A stretch of 64,000 nucleotides of DNA, from NCBI GenBank assembly GCA_964016885.1, contig OZ024743.1, forward strand, positions 222,084,001-222,148,000. Reading direction: 5' to 3'. The notes under the pieces are model-generated. The model did no database searches. It was not told the DNA's origin and saw nothing but the letters and a program-made list of their open reading frames with translations. The stretch's first letter is position 1. Every line of letters starts with the position of its first letter. A program made the translations under genes and the position numbers. Below are positions 41,021 through 54,583 of the stretch, piece by piece. The DNA comes from Eledone cirrhosa (taxonomy: Eukaryota).

Positions 41021-44000
41021 ATGAGCTCACTCAGAATAGGCAGCATAAATGCGCGTGGCTTGGGGTCGTCATGGAAGCAGGGCCACCTGCTCAACGACCT
41101 CAGGTCACTAAACATAGATGTAGTGGCCATCAGCGAGACCAGAATCTCCGAAACACAGGCCTTCGCACCGATCTTCGGCGGCTACGATGTGTACGCATCA
41201 CCCAGTCGTCCTGGATCGGGGGAAGGAGTTGCTGTGATTTTTCGGAGAGGTTTGAATCTTGCCATACGGGCCATCTTCCTGGACCCAGAAGGTAAGTTAG
41301 TGGTGCTGGACGTGACCAGCGAAGACGGGCAAGCTTTCAGGCTGGTGGCCGTCTATGCTCCGACAGGAGCAGGGCGGCCTGATTTCTTCCGGCGTCTGGA
41401 GACCTTTCTTGGAACGTCCCGCTCTTTAGTGTTAGTGGGCGACTGGAACGGGATCTTAGATGCACGCTGGGACTGTGTGGGATTAGCGGATAGAGGAGGA
41501 GGGTGCAAGAGTCTCACCAACCTGCTCAGGCGTTTTGAACTGTCTGACAGATACCAATTGGATTTCCCGAATGTGCCAATGTGGACTTGGACAAACCGCA
41601 TAGGGTCATCCAGATCATATCTAGATAGAGTATTTTGTAGGGAAATAGATAGGTTTAGTAAGGCTTTAGCAATAGAGAAAAATAGAGCAGCAGGAGAATT
41701 AGTTAGAAAATTAGACGAGGCGCTTAACAAAGACATCGCAACCGACGTACTTGCGGCGAAATTGGCCCTTGACCAATTCTTCAATGCAAAGCACGAAGGC
41801 TGCGTTGTCAGAGCTAGGGTGCGTGCTCTCAGACACGAGGGGGCAAAAGCCGTTCAATGGGCCCGAGTGGCGGAGACGCGTCGTGGCAACAAAGCCACGA
41901 TCCGGTCTTTGGTGGACCACGACGGGCGCATGCTACTCGATCCCGGGAAAATGTGTGAAGCTTTTCAGCGACACTTCGCACAGCTGTTCGGGGGCAGCGG
42001 CGGGCCGGATCGGGGGATGGACTTTAGTGTCTACCTCGACGGACTGCCGCGGTTCTCGGCCACTGAGGCGGAGTGTTGTGAAAAGCCGATAACAGCCGCT
42101 GAAGTACGGGAGGCAATGACTGGCTACACAAGGGGTAAATCGCCTGGTTTGGATGGTCTGCCCTATGAACTTTACGTACAGATGCCAGACTTGTTCGGAG
42201 GCCTCTTGGCGGACGTCTGCTGCAACTGGCAACAGAACGGGAGAATTCCCAGCTCTGTGAGCTGAGGAGCTGTGGCGCTGCTGAGAAAGGATCCGAACAA
42301 GGGGGATAACATAGATAATTTCAGGCCCATAACTCTGCTAAACACAGAGTTCAAGATTTTGGCCAAGGTGCTAGCAAAGAGGTTGGCGCTTGTCGTTGGT
42401 GGTCTGGTGGGAGAGACGCAGACGTGCGCCATTCCCGACAGATCCATCCACGACAACCTCCACCTCATGCGATACATCGTTGAGAGGGTAGCTAGGGAAC
42501 CTGGCACGGGTGGGTCCTTGATCAATTTAGATCAGTCGAAAGCTTTCGATAGGGTCGACCATCGTTACCTAGCGGCAGTCCTGAGGGCGGCTGGCTTTGG
42601 GCCCGTCTTCAGAGGCTGGATCGCTGCCATGCACAGCGACATCTGCTCTGTGGTGAGAGTGAACGGTCACCTTTCGGAACCGTTCAACATCATGCGCTCG
42701 GTCCGCCAACGATGTTCCCTCTCGTCCCTCTTGTACGTATTGACTCTCGAGCCATTACTGCACAAACTGGAGACGTTGAGGGGCGTCCCGCGCGAACCAG
42801 GATGCGGAAGATCCGTGTCAGCATATGCGGACGATGTCACCGTAGTGGTGTCGAACGCCAAACACATCGAGGCGATCGGCACTACACTAAGAGAATACGA
42901 AGCGGTGACAGGAGCAATGATCAACCAGGAAAAGTCAGTGGGCCTGCAGCTCGGCACCTAGAGAGGCGGGTCCATGCCGTCCAACAGCGTCGTCGGACGC
43001 TGGACGGACGGACCGGTTAAATTGCTAGGGGTCTGGTTCGGTTCGGACCTCCAGACGGACAAAAACTGGGACGAGGTGACGAGCAGGGTGGCTTCTCTCA
43101 CCCAGAAATGGGCGGAGAGAAAGCTATCCCTGAAAGGTCGAGCGGAGGTGGCTAACGCGTACATCGCGTCTGTCATCTGCTACCGCCTGACCGTCGTACC
43201 TTGTCCTAAGCCTCGCCTGACTGCGCTGGAGCGTTTGCTCTTTCACTTTTTGTGGAAGGGACGCGCTCCGATGGTCAGGCGGTCCATCTGTTGTCAACAC
43301 CCGCTACGTGGAGGGCTGGGCATGCCGTGGCTGATGATGCGCAGGCACGCGCTCAGGCTACGACATCTCCACCTCTTCCTCGACGGTGATCAGGTGTGGT
43401 CGCCGTTTGCTAGACGCGTTTTTCCCCAGCTCGTTTCCTTGACGGAGCTGCAGTCCTGGGTCAAGCGAAGACCGAGAGGGAGCGCCTGGAGACTGGAATG
43501 TCTTCAGGCGCTTACAGCCCTCGACCAATCGGGCAATGTGATCGGTGGAAACTCCACCTCGGCGTTCTATAGAGGATTAGTGGAGGGGAAGAGCGACGAC
43601 GTACTTGGGGAAACTCTAGGTGTCGACGAAAATCAACTAGCCAATCTCTTCGGAAGAACTTTCGGGCCAGGGCCTATGGACAACTTCCAGAAATCTCTGG
43701 CCTGGCAGTGCTACCGTGGAGCCTTTGCCAGTTCGGGATAAACTCTACAGGCATGGAGGTGCCGTCAGCCGGGCATGTCCGAGATGCGCGCAGGGCGACG
43801 AAACCGTCCTGCACGCACTCGTCCAGTGTCCGAAAATTGCTGACTTGTGGGTTTATGTCGAACACCTGCTGTCGCGTTTAGGACGGATCCAGCTATCAGC
43901 TGAGTCCATCGTGAGGATTGCCCCGCCCCCTTCTTTTAGCCGGGAAGGGCAGGCAGTTTTTATCTGTCTGGTGACCATGGCGAAAGAGATAGTATGGTGG

Positions 44001-44191
44001 ACACGTTTGAAAGGGCTGAAGACGAGCACTTACCTCTTCGGTGATGCTCTGATTGACTTTTTCAAATTTCATTTGAAAAGGAAAATCAGAGTAGAGAGGG
44101 AAGTGCTCTCTTCCCAGCATTTTGTTGAAAGATGGGTGAGAGAAGCAAGAATGGCCTGAGTGAATGGGCTACTCTGAGTTTATATCTGTAA
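41021..44191 (+). pseudogene. ORF2 of copy G (disrupted)
   Basis: 249-nt in-frame deletion at ~41650, stops at 42263 and 42959, frameshift at ~43725. Confidence 0.92.
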
Positions 44192-44432
44192 ATTAAAGGT
44201 GGAAAACTGGGAGAGGGCACTTGCCTTGGTGGTCAGGGTCATTGTGGCCTTTTACTGGGCTTTCTCCACAAATGTCCCTCCGAAGTCTCCCCCCTATTGG
44301 GGAATTTTTCTTTGTTATTTTATTACATCCTCTGTTTTTTACACGCAGAAATGCCCATTTGTACCGTCCTGTATTGTCCTGTACTGTCCTTAATGTCTAC
44401 TTTATGTAAACCCTTGTGGTTAATAAAGAAAA

Positions 44433-44472
<40 letters not shown>

Positions 44473-44681
44473 GGCGACCTACGTAGTAAATCGTATCATC
44501 GTGAGCTCCGCAAAGGTTTGTTATTTCCGTTTGTTAAAAATATCCATTTATGGAAAATTTTTATTGTTAACTATATATAAGCGCACATACATTGTTTTCC
44601 GAAAAGGACACCCAAAAAGATTGGGGCCTTGTGCCCAAAATTTAAACTTTTATGATTATCAAAAAATTTCTTTGAAAGAAA

Positions 44682-46679
44682 ATGGCTAATTCACCACTGC
44701 ACCAAGCAGCTGAAAGCCTTTCTCACAAATTAACACCTCACACCGACACCACCATTGTAAATGATTATACGTCTTCCAACACAAATAAATTAAGCACTAG
44801 CAATATTTTAAATTTGTCTCAGGCAGACATTCATTTCCCACCATTACCAATGACTGAAGGTGTTAAAGCCGCCACCACCACCACCACCGCGACAACCACC
44901 ACCCCCACCACCACCGCGACAGCAGAAACAAAAGGAAAAAATAAATCAACTCGTGATGTCGAAATATTTTCAACCAAAATAGACTCTCCCAAACCTACTT
45001 TCACTGACGTCACCACCACCACAACTGAAACTAAAATTAATAATAACAAAAATAACGATAGCAACAACAACAACAATGACATTAAAAAAATCACCCTCAG
45101 TTTTGTCAGAGTAGCAAAACAGTTCGAAGCATTTACGGTAACTCAGGAGGATTTAGAAAATGCCAAACAAATGGTAAAGAAAGATGGATACAGGGTCAGC
45201 CTCACCCACCCACCCCACCCCACACCTAATAAAATGGAGCATCGGCGCCTATGCACCGTGTCGTATCGAACAATAAATGTAAAATCGCGCCGAGTGGAAC
45301 GGGCATCCGAGTCCCAAATCCAAAAAGCTTTGGGACATGTGTGGGCAAGAAAAACCCACATCAGACGTGGGCAGAAGTATGGAACCGTGGACGTGTTCTT
45401 TGAAACACCAGAGGAGGCCAGAGAACACTCCATGGCCCCATTAAGAAGTGACGACTTCACACTCGTCCCAAGCTATTGTGGCCAGAGACTCGTAAAGATC
45501 AGGGTGACCCACGTTCCACCGGCCATCGAAATTCCCTGACTAATAGCGGCCGTCCTCGCCGGCATCGAAGCCAACACAAAAATAATAGCAATAACAAAAG
45601 AAAAGCAGGAGAACTGGTCCGGATCTGGGATGGAGCTCCTGATCCAAGCGGACCAAAAAAGCATTGAGGAGATCCCAGAGGTAATAGACCTCACTGACGG
45701 CAGCCACCTCACCGTAATTGTCGAGGGCAGAAGGCCTAGGTATGTCGTTTGTGGTGAAGGAACCCACCTAAGAGCTTTCTGCCCTCAGGCTAAAAGGTTG
45801 AGGCCACCTCTCCTACCCACCCCAGTGACACAACCAACAACACCACCAGTAGCAGAGATGGCAGCAACAAATGTAGCAGCAACAACAGAAGCAACTATAA
45901 CAGCAACAACCCCAGCAACAGTAGCAAAACCAACACCACCACCACCAGTAAAACCAACACCACCACCACCCAACGCTTCAGAACTAGCACCAGCGCCTAC
46001 ACCATCCACCACGCCACAACCAAAACTAACGCCTGTGGAGGATTTTCCACTCCCCGGCCTATCACAACTGGAGACAGATTGTGACGACGAGGAGTGGGAA
46101 ACGGTATCCGGAAAAAAAAAAAGAAACCAAAAAAGAAAAAATTCTCTTCCTTCCCCCTCCAAAAACAAAATACAGAGGGAAACAAATAAATTAAGAAACA
46201 AAAAAGTTAGGACAGATATGCCACCATCCACACCAGCATCACCAACCCCATCAACCCAAACACCAACTCCATCACCATCATTAACCCCAACACCACCATC
46301 ACCTACACCACAAAAGTCACCAAAATGCGAAACAGAAACAAACCCACAACAAACGCAAACAAAACAAAACAACCAAAACGATACACACTACACAGCATTA
46401 AATTTGAACAACAAGCAATTATTACACTACATCCAACACAACACCAGCATCACAGAAAAAGACTACACAACAACACCAAAATTCACACCACCTCCACACA
46501 TACAAATCACTCGCATCACACAGAAAACGTACATGACACTAAAACAAAAATTCCCCAAAGACATCGGAGACTTCCGACAAGCACTCTCCAGGAGGATTTA
46601 TAAGGACATCCTTCCTGAGGAGGCCACAAGCAGTGAAAAGGATGGAAAAACCGTCCTTCCCCTACGAGAAGAAAGGTAA
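44682..46679 (+). pseudogene. Divergent ORF1 (type 2) with one nonsense codon
   Basis: Core motifs align with ORF1 of A-F (CTVSYRT..KSRRVERASESQIQKALG, LVPSYCGQ, CGEGTHLRAFC); termini do not align. TGA at 45537-45539, frame continues. Confidence 0.88.
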
Positions 46680-46713
46680 GTGGTCTTTCCCATCTTTTCC
46701 ACTCCTTTTCAAC

Positions 46714-49700
46714 ATGACCTCACTCAGAATAAGCAGCATAAATGCGCGTGGCTTGGGGGTCGTCATGGAAGCAGGGCCACCTGCTCAACGACCTCAGGTC
46801 ACTAAACATAGATGTAGTGGCCATCAGCGAGACCAGAATCTCCGAAGCACAGGCCTTCGCACCGATCTTCGACGGCTACGATGTGTACGCATCTCCCAGC
46901 CGTCCGGGATCGGGGGGAGGAGTTGCTGTGCTTTTTCGGAGAGGTTTGGATCTTGCCATACGGGCCATCTTCCTGGACCCAGAAGGTAAGTTGGTGGTGC
47001 TGGACGTGGCCAGCGGAGACGGGCAAGCTTTCAGGTCAGTGGCCGTCTATGCCCCGACAGGAGCAGGGCGGCCTGATTTCTTCCGGCGTCTGGAGACCTT
47101 TCTTGGAACGTCCCGCTCTTTAGTGTTAGTGGGCGACTGGAACGGGATCTTAGATGCACGCTGGGATTGTGTGGGATTAGTGGATAGGGAAGGAGGGTGC
47201 AAGAGTCTTACCAACCTGCTCAGGCGTTTTGAACTGTCTGACAGGTACCGAATGGATTTCCCGAATGTACCAATGTGGACTTGGACAAATCGCATAGGGT
47301 CATCCAGATCATATCTAGATAGAGTATTTTGTAGGGAAATAGATAAGTCTAGCATAGGCTGTCCACAATTCAAGATAGTCAGCTACACGGACCACAAATT
47401 CGTAATCTGTGTGCTTGACTTAGATAGGCTTCATAGAAGAGGACCCGGCTACTGGAAGCTAAACGCGTCCTTACCAGCGCGCAAGGCCTACAGAGACCGG
47501 ATTAGTGAACTAGTTAAGCGGGCGTTGACGGGGGCCATCGTCAACAACAAGTGGTGGTTTGCTCTGAAAAGAGCAATTAGAATAGAGTCTATTAGGTTTA
47601 GTAAGGCTTTAGCAATAGAGAAAAATAGAGCAGAGGGAGAATTAGTTAGAAAATTAGACGAGGCGCTTAGCAAAGGCATCGCGACCGACGTACTTGCGGC
47701 GAAATTGGCCCTTGACCAATTCTTCAATGCAAAGCACGAAGGCTGCGTTGTCAGAGCTAGGGTGCGTGCTCTCAGACACGAGGGGACGAAAGCCGTTCAA
47801 TGGGCCCGAGTGGCGGAGGTGCGTCGTGGCAATAAAGCCACGATCCGGTCTTTGGTGGACCACGACGGGCGCATGCTACTCGATCCCGGGCAAATGTGTG
47901 AAGCTTTTCAGCGACACTTCGCTCAACTGTTCGGGGGCAGTGGCGGGCCGGATCGAGGGATGAACTTTAGTGTCTACCTCGACGGACTGCCGCGGCTTTC
48001 GGCCACTGAGGCGGAGTGTTGCGAAAAGCCGATAACAACCGCTGAAGTACGGGAGGCAATGACTGGCTGCACAAGGGGTAAATCGCCTGGTTTGGATGGT
48101 CTGCCCTATGAACTTTACGTACAAATGCCAGACTTGTTCGGAGGCCTCTTGGCGGACGTCTACTGTAACTGGCAACAGAACGGGAGAATTCCCAGCTCTG
48201 TGAGCCGAGGAGCGGTGGCGCTGCTGAGAAAGGATCCGAACAAGGGGGATAACATAGATAATTTTAGGCCCATAACTCTGCTAAACACAGAGTTCAAGAT
48301 TTTGGCCAAGGTGCTAGCAAAGAGGTTGGCGCTTGTCGTTGGTGGTCTGGTGGGAGAGGCGCAGACATGCGCCATTCCCGACAGATCCATCCACGACAAC
48401 CTCCACCTCATGCGATACATCGTAGAGAGGGTAGCTAGGGAACCTGGCACGGGTGGGTCTTTGATCAATTTAGATCAGTCGAAACCTTCGATAGGGTCGA
48501 CCATCGTTACCTAGCGGCAGTCCTGAGGGCGGCTGGCTTTGGGCCCGTCTTCAGAGGCTGGATCGCTGCCATGCACAGCGACATCTGCTCTGTAGTGAAA
48601 GTGAACGGTCACCTTTCGGAACCGTTCAACATCATGCGCTCGGTCCGCCAAGGATGTCCCCTCTCGTCCCTCTTGTACGTATTGACTCTCGAGCCATTAC
48701 TGCACAAACTGGAGACGTTGAGGGGGGTCCCGCGTGAACTAAGATGCGGAAGATCCGTGTCAGCATATGCCGACGATGTCACCGTAGTGGTGTCGAACGC
48801 CAAACACATCGAGGCGATCGGCACTACACTAAGAGAATACGAAGCGGTGACAGGAGCAATGATCAACCAGGAAAAGTCAGTGGGCCTGCAGCTCGGCACC
48901 TAGAGAGGCAGGTCCATGTGTCCAACAGCGTCGTCGGGCGCTGGACGGACGGACCGGTTAAATTGCTAGGGGTCTGGTTCGGTCAAGACCTCCAGACGGA
49001 CAAAAACTGGGACGAGGTGACGAGCAGGGTGGCTTCTCTCACCCAGAAATGGGCGGAGAGGAAGCTATCCCTGAAAGGTCGAGCGGAGGTGGCGAATGCG
49101 TACATCGCGTCCGTCATCTACTACCGCCTGACCGTCGTACCTTGTCCTAAGCCCCGCCTGACTGCGCTGGAGCGTTTGCTCTTTCGCTTCTTGTGGAAGG
49201 GACGTGCTCCGATGGTCAGGCGGTCCAACTGCTGTCAACACCCGCTACGTGGAGGGCTGGGCATGCCGTGGCTGATGATGCGCAGACACGCGCTCAGGCT
49301 ACGATATCTCCACCTCTTCCTCGACGGTGATCAGCTGTGGTCGCCGTTTGCTAGACAAATTTTTCCCCAGCTCGTCTCCTTGACGGAGCTGCAGTCCTGG
49401 GTCAAGCGAAGACCGAGAGGGAGCGCTTGGAGACTGGAATGTCTTCAGGCGCTTACAGCCCTCGACCAATCGGGCAATGTGATCGGTGGAAACTCCACCT
49501 TGGCGTTCTATAGGGGATTAGTGGAGGGGAAGAGCGACGACGTACTAAGAGAAACTCTAGGAGTCGACGAAAATCAACTAGCCAATCTCTTCGGAAGGAC
49601 TTTCGGGCCGGGGCCTATGGACAACTTCCAGAAATCCCTGGCCTGGCAGTGCTACCGGGGAGCCTTGCCAGTTCGGGATAAACTCTACAGGCATGGAGGT

Positions 49701-50132
49701 GCCGTCAGCCGTGCATGTCCGAGATGCGCGCAGGGCGACGAAACCGTCCTGCACGCACTCGTCCAGTGTCCGAGCATTGCTGACTTGTGGGTTTATGTCG
49801 AACACCTGCTGTCACGTGTAGGACGGATCCAGCTATCACCTGAGTCCATCGTGAGGATTGCCCCGCCCCCTTCTTTTAGCCGGGAAGGGCAGGCAGTTTT
49901 TATCTGTCTGGTGACCATGGCGAAAGAGATAGTATGGTGGACACGTTTGAAAGGGCTGAAGACGAGCACTTACCTCTTCGGTGATGCCCTGATTAACTTT
50001 TTCAAATTTCATTTAAAAAGGAAAATCAGGGTAGAGAGGGAAGTGCTCTCTTCCCAGCATTTTGTTGAAAGATGGGTGAGAGAAGCAAGTATGGCCCGAA
50101 TGAATGGGCCTTCTCTGAGTATGTGTCTGTAA
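46714..50132 (+). pseudogene. ORF2 of copy H (disrupted)
   Basis: Very similar to young ORF2; frameshifts at ~46757, ~48485 and ~48919, stop at 48901. Confidence 0.92.
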
Positions 50133-50603
50133 ATTAAGGGTGGAAAACTGGGAGAGGGCACTTGCCCTGGTGGTCAGGGTCACTGTGGTCTTTTAATGGG
50201 CTTTCTCCACAAATGTCCCTCGGAAGTCTCCCCCCTATTGGGGAATTTTTCTTTGTTATTTTATTTCATCCTCTGTTTTTTACACGCAGAAATGCCCATT
50301 TGTACCGTCCTGTATTGTCCTGTACTGTCCTTAATGTCTACTTTATGTAAACCCTTGTGGTTAATAAAGAAAACATTATTATTATTATTATTATTATTAT
50401 CGGTCTGTTCGGACGCCTTTTGCTCGCTCCCAGTAAGTCGCTTTATTTGCCTGTTAAAATTATTTGTTGTTAAGTATTTCTTGTTGTGTAAGGGATATAA
50501 GCCCTTAGATTTTGCCCTGTTAAGGGGAAAGTAAAATATGTGGGCCTTTTAGCCCAAATATTTGAACATTTTACTTTTAAAAAAAAAATGTTTCAAAAAA
50601 AAC

Positions 50604-51193
50604 ATGGCTGAGCCACGCCCCCAGCAATATGTCTGCTGTCGTCTGACAACGGCGTAAAAGTTGAGAGGCGGGTTACAAACATTGTTACAACAGACACCAC
50701 CACAAACAACGGGAACAAAGACAACACTGAGAACACTAATTTCGAAAAAATTACCACACCAACTACAACAATAACAGCGTCAACCAAAATACAGACAACA
50801 GAAAAAAATGACAACAAATGCAACAACGATATTAACACCACTAACAAGAAAATAAACAACGACAACACCAACAGCAACAATGCAGATTGCACCGAAAACA
50901 ACAACAACGGTGGCACCAAAAACACAACCAGCTACAACAGTGATAACAGCAACAACACCAACAACACCGTTCGTAGCAGTAACAACAGCAACAACACCAA
51001 CAACAAGACCAGTAGCGGTAGCAATAATGGTGCCGCTGAAAAAGGGGCCACTTCTTTCGCAGGTGTGGCCCGAAATATAGACTTCAGAGGGTCGGTTACC
51101 AAGAGGATATACACCGACATCCTCTTGGAAACACCCATGACCAGCCAAAGGGACGGTTCTACTGTCCCTTCACCACACGATCAAGGTAAGTGA
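50604..51193 (+). pseudogene. Internally deleted ORF1 (type 3)
   Basis: aacATGGCT start, early frameshift, Asn/Thr-rich stretch, then TSFAGVARNI joined directly to DFRGSVTKRIYTDILLE..STVPSPHDQ. Core and knuckle are missing. Confidence 0.75.
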
Positions 51194-51225
51194 TCCTTTC
51201 TCACTTACCCCGTTTCTCATCCAAT

Positions 51226-54200
51226 ATGGCCGTACTTAGAATAGGCAGTATAAATATACGTGCCCTGGGGTCATCTTGGAAGCAGGGTCACCTGCTCAAC
51301 GACCTCAGGTCACTAAACATCAGCGAGACCAGAATCTCCGAAGCATGAGCCTTCGCGCCGATCTTCGGCGGCTACGATGTATACGCATCCGTCCGGGAGA
51401 GGGGTTGCCGTGCTTTTTCGGAGAGGCTTGGATCTCGCGATACGGGCCATCTTCCTGGACCCAGAAGGTAAGTCGGTGGTGCTGGACGTGACCGGCAGCG
51501 AAGGCAATTCTTTCAGGCTAGTAGACGTCTACGCCCCAACAGGAACAAGACGGCTAGATTTCTTCAGACGTCTAGAAACCTTTCTTGGAACGTCCCGCTC
51601 TTTAGTGTTAGAGGATGACTGGAACGGTATCTTAGATGCACGCTGGGATTGTGTGGGGCTAGTAGACAGGGCAGGAGGGCGTAAAAGCCTCAACAACCTG
51701 CTCAGACGTCTTGAACTGTCTGACAGGTATAGACTGGATTATCCGAATGTGCCCATGTGGACATGGCCAAACCGCATCGGGTCATCCAGATCGTATTTAG
51801 ATAGGGTATTCTGTAGGGAAACAGATAAGGCTAGTGTAGGTTGTCCACAATTTAAAGTAGTCGACTACACGAACCACAAATTTGTGATCTGTGAAGTTGA
51901 CATAGATAGACTCCATAGGCAAGGGCCCGGCTACTGGAAGCTGAACGCGTCGTTCCCGGCGCGCAAAGCTTACAGAGACCGGATTAGCGAATTAGTTAAG
52001 CGTGCGTTGACGGATGCGATCGTCAACAACAGGTGGTGGTTTACCCTGAAAAGGGCTATTAGAGTTGAATTGATAAGGTTTAGCAAAGGAGTAGTTATAG
52101 AGGAAAATAGAGTAGAGAGAGAGTTAGTTAGAAATCTAGAAGAGGCGTTAGGACAGGCATCGCAACCGACGTATTTGCGGCGAGATTGGCACTCGACCAC
52201 TTCTTCAACGCAAAGTATGAAGGTTGCGTTGTCAGAGCTAGAGCGCGTACTCTAAGACACGGGGGCATGAAAGCCGTTCAATGGGCCCGGGTGGTGGAGG
52301 CGCGACGTGGCAACAAGTCCACAATTCGATCTTTGCCTGATCAAAACGGGCGCATGTTGCTCGAACCCGAGCAGATGTGTGCGGCTTTTCAACAGCACTT
52401 CTTCTCAATTGTTCGGGAGCGGCGGCGGGCCGGATCGGAGTATACTTTTCGGTGCATACGTCGACGGACTGCCGCGGCTCTCGACGACCGCTGCGCAGTA
52501 CTGCGAAAGGCCGATAACAGCAGGTGAAATACGGGGCGCGATGTATGACTGCACGAGGGGTAAATCGCCAGGTTTGGATGGTCTGCCCTACGAGCTTTAT
52601 GCGTATATGCCAGACCTGTTCGGCGACCTCTTGGTAGATGTCTACTACAACTGGCAGGAGAACGGAAGCATTCCCAGTTTTGTGAGCCGGGGAGCGGTGG
52701 CGCTGCTGAGAAAAGACCCGAACAAGGGGGACGTTATAGACAACTTCAGGCCCATAACTCTGCTAAACGCAGAGTTTAAGATTTTGGCCAAGGTGTTAGC
52801 AAAGAGATTGGCGCTTTTCGTCGGTGATCTGCTAGGAGAGGCGCAGACATGCGCCATATCGGACAGATCCATCCACGACAAACTCCATCTCATGCGATAC
52901 ATCATAGAGAGGGTGGTTAAGGAACCTGGCACGGGTGGGGCCCTGATCAACTTGGATCAATCTAAAGCATTTGATTGGGTCGACCACCGGTACCTGGCTA
53001 CGGTCCTCGAGGTAGCCGACTTCGAGCCCGTTTTTAGGGGCTGGATAGCTACGATGCACAGTGACATCTGCTCGATTGTGAGGGTGAAAGGTCACCTGTC
53101 GCAGCCTTTCAGCATCATGCGCTCGGTCCGCCAGGGTTGTTCCCTCTCGTCCCTCCTGTATGTACTGGCCCTCGAGCTCTTACAGCACAAATTGGAGACG
53201 ATGAGGGGGCCCCACGCGAACTGGGATGCGAGAGATCCGTGTCAGCTTACGCCGACGACGTCACCGTGGTGGTGTCGACCACTAAACACTTCCAGATGCT
53301 CGGCACCGCTCTCAAGGAATACAAAGCGGTGACAGGAGCAAAGGTAAACCAGGAAAAGTTGGTGGGCTTGCAACTCGGCACCTGGAGAGGCAAGTCCATG
53401 CCGTCCGACAGCGTCGTGGGGCGCTGGACGGAAGGACCGATTAAATTGCTTGGGGTCTGAACCTCCAGATGGAGAAAAACTGAAGCGAGGTGACGAGCAG
53501 GGTGGCCTCTCTCATCCAGAAATGGGCCGAGAGGAGGCTGTCTCTGAAAGGTCGGGCGGAGGTGGCGAATGCGTACATAGCGTCCGTCATCTGCTAACGC
53601 CTGACCTTCGTACCTTGCCCCCGCCCAACTCTGACCAAAATGGAGCGCCTTCTCTTCCGCTTTTTGTGGAAGGGACGTGCTCCCATGGTCAGACGATCCA
53701 TTTGCTGTCAACACCCGTTGTGTGGAGGACTAGGCATGCCGTGGCTGATGATGCGCAAACATGAGCTGAGGCTGCGACATCTCTGGTGCTTCCTTGACGG
53801 TGGACAGGTGTGGTCGCCGTTTGCCAGACGCGCTTTTCCCCAGCTCGTCTCCTTGACGGAGCTGCAGTCCTGGATCAGGAAAAGACCGAGGAATAGCGCT
53901 TGGAAGCTGGAATGTCTCCAAGCGCTCACCACGCTCTACCAGCTGGGCCCTAGTATCGGTGGAACATCCACCTCGGCGTTCTATAGAGGGCTAGTGGAGG
54001 GGAAGAGCGACGACGTTCTCGGGAAGACCCTGGGCGTCGAAGACGATCATCTGTTCGCTCTCTTCAAGAGAACTTTCAGCCCGGGCCTATGGACAACTTC
54101 CAGAAATCCCTGGCCTGGCAGTGCTACCGGGGAGCGTTACCGGTTCGGGATAAGCTCTACAGGCACGGAGGTGCTGTCAGCCGAGCCTGTCTGAGATGCG

Positions 54201-54583
54201 CGCAGGGCGACAAAACTGTCCTGCACGCACTCGGTCAGTGCCCGAGTATTGCTGACTTGTAGAGCTATGTCGAACAGCTGCTATCGCGTGTAGGACGGAT
54301 CCAGTTATCGACTGAGTCCATTGTGCAGATAGCCCCGCCATCCTCCTTTAAAGAGGAGGAAGGGCAGGCAGTTTTCATCTGCCAGGTGGCCATGGCGAAA
54401 GAGATTGTGTGGTAGATAAGGTTGAAAGGGTTGAAGACGTACACTTTACTCTCCGGCCAATCCCTGATTAACTTTTTCAAGTTGGAGAGGTGAGTGCTGT
54501 CTTCTAGTAAGTTTGTTTAAAAGTGGATGAAAGTAGCGACTCTGGTCCGAGTGAACGGGCCCGCTCTGAGTATGCGCCTGTAG
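51226..54583 (+). pseudogene. ORF2 of copy I (diverged, disrupted)
   Basis: MAVLRIGSIN start; APE and RT motifs recognisable (YADD at ~53248); many stops and frameshifts. Confidence 0.9.

Larger units (their letters stand above)
38452..44472 (+). mobile_element. Tx1-like copy G, full length but decayed
   Basis: Starts GAATGTCATGG; several stops and frameshifts; ends in (ATT)13 at 44434-44472. Confidence 0.93.
44473..50400 (+). mobile_element. Tx1-like copy H: different 5'UTR and ORF1, homologous ORF2 and 3'UTR
   Basis: Starts GGCGACCTACG directly after (ATT)13; ends in an ATT tract at 50375-50400. Confidence 0.92.
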
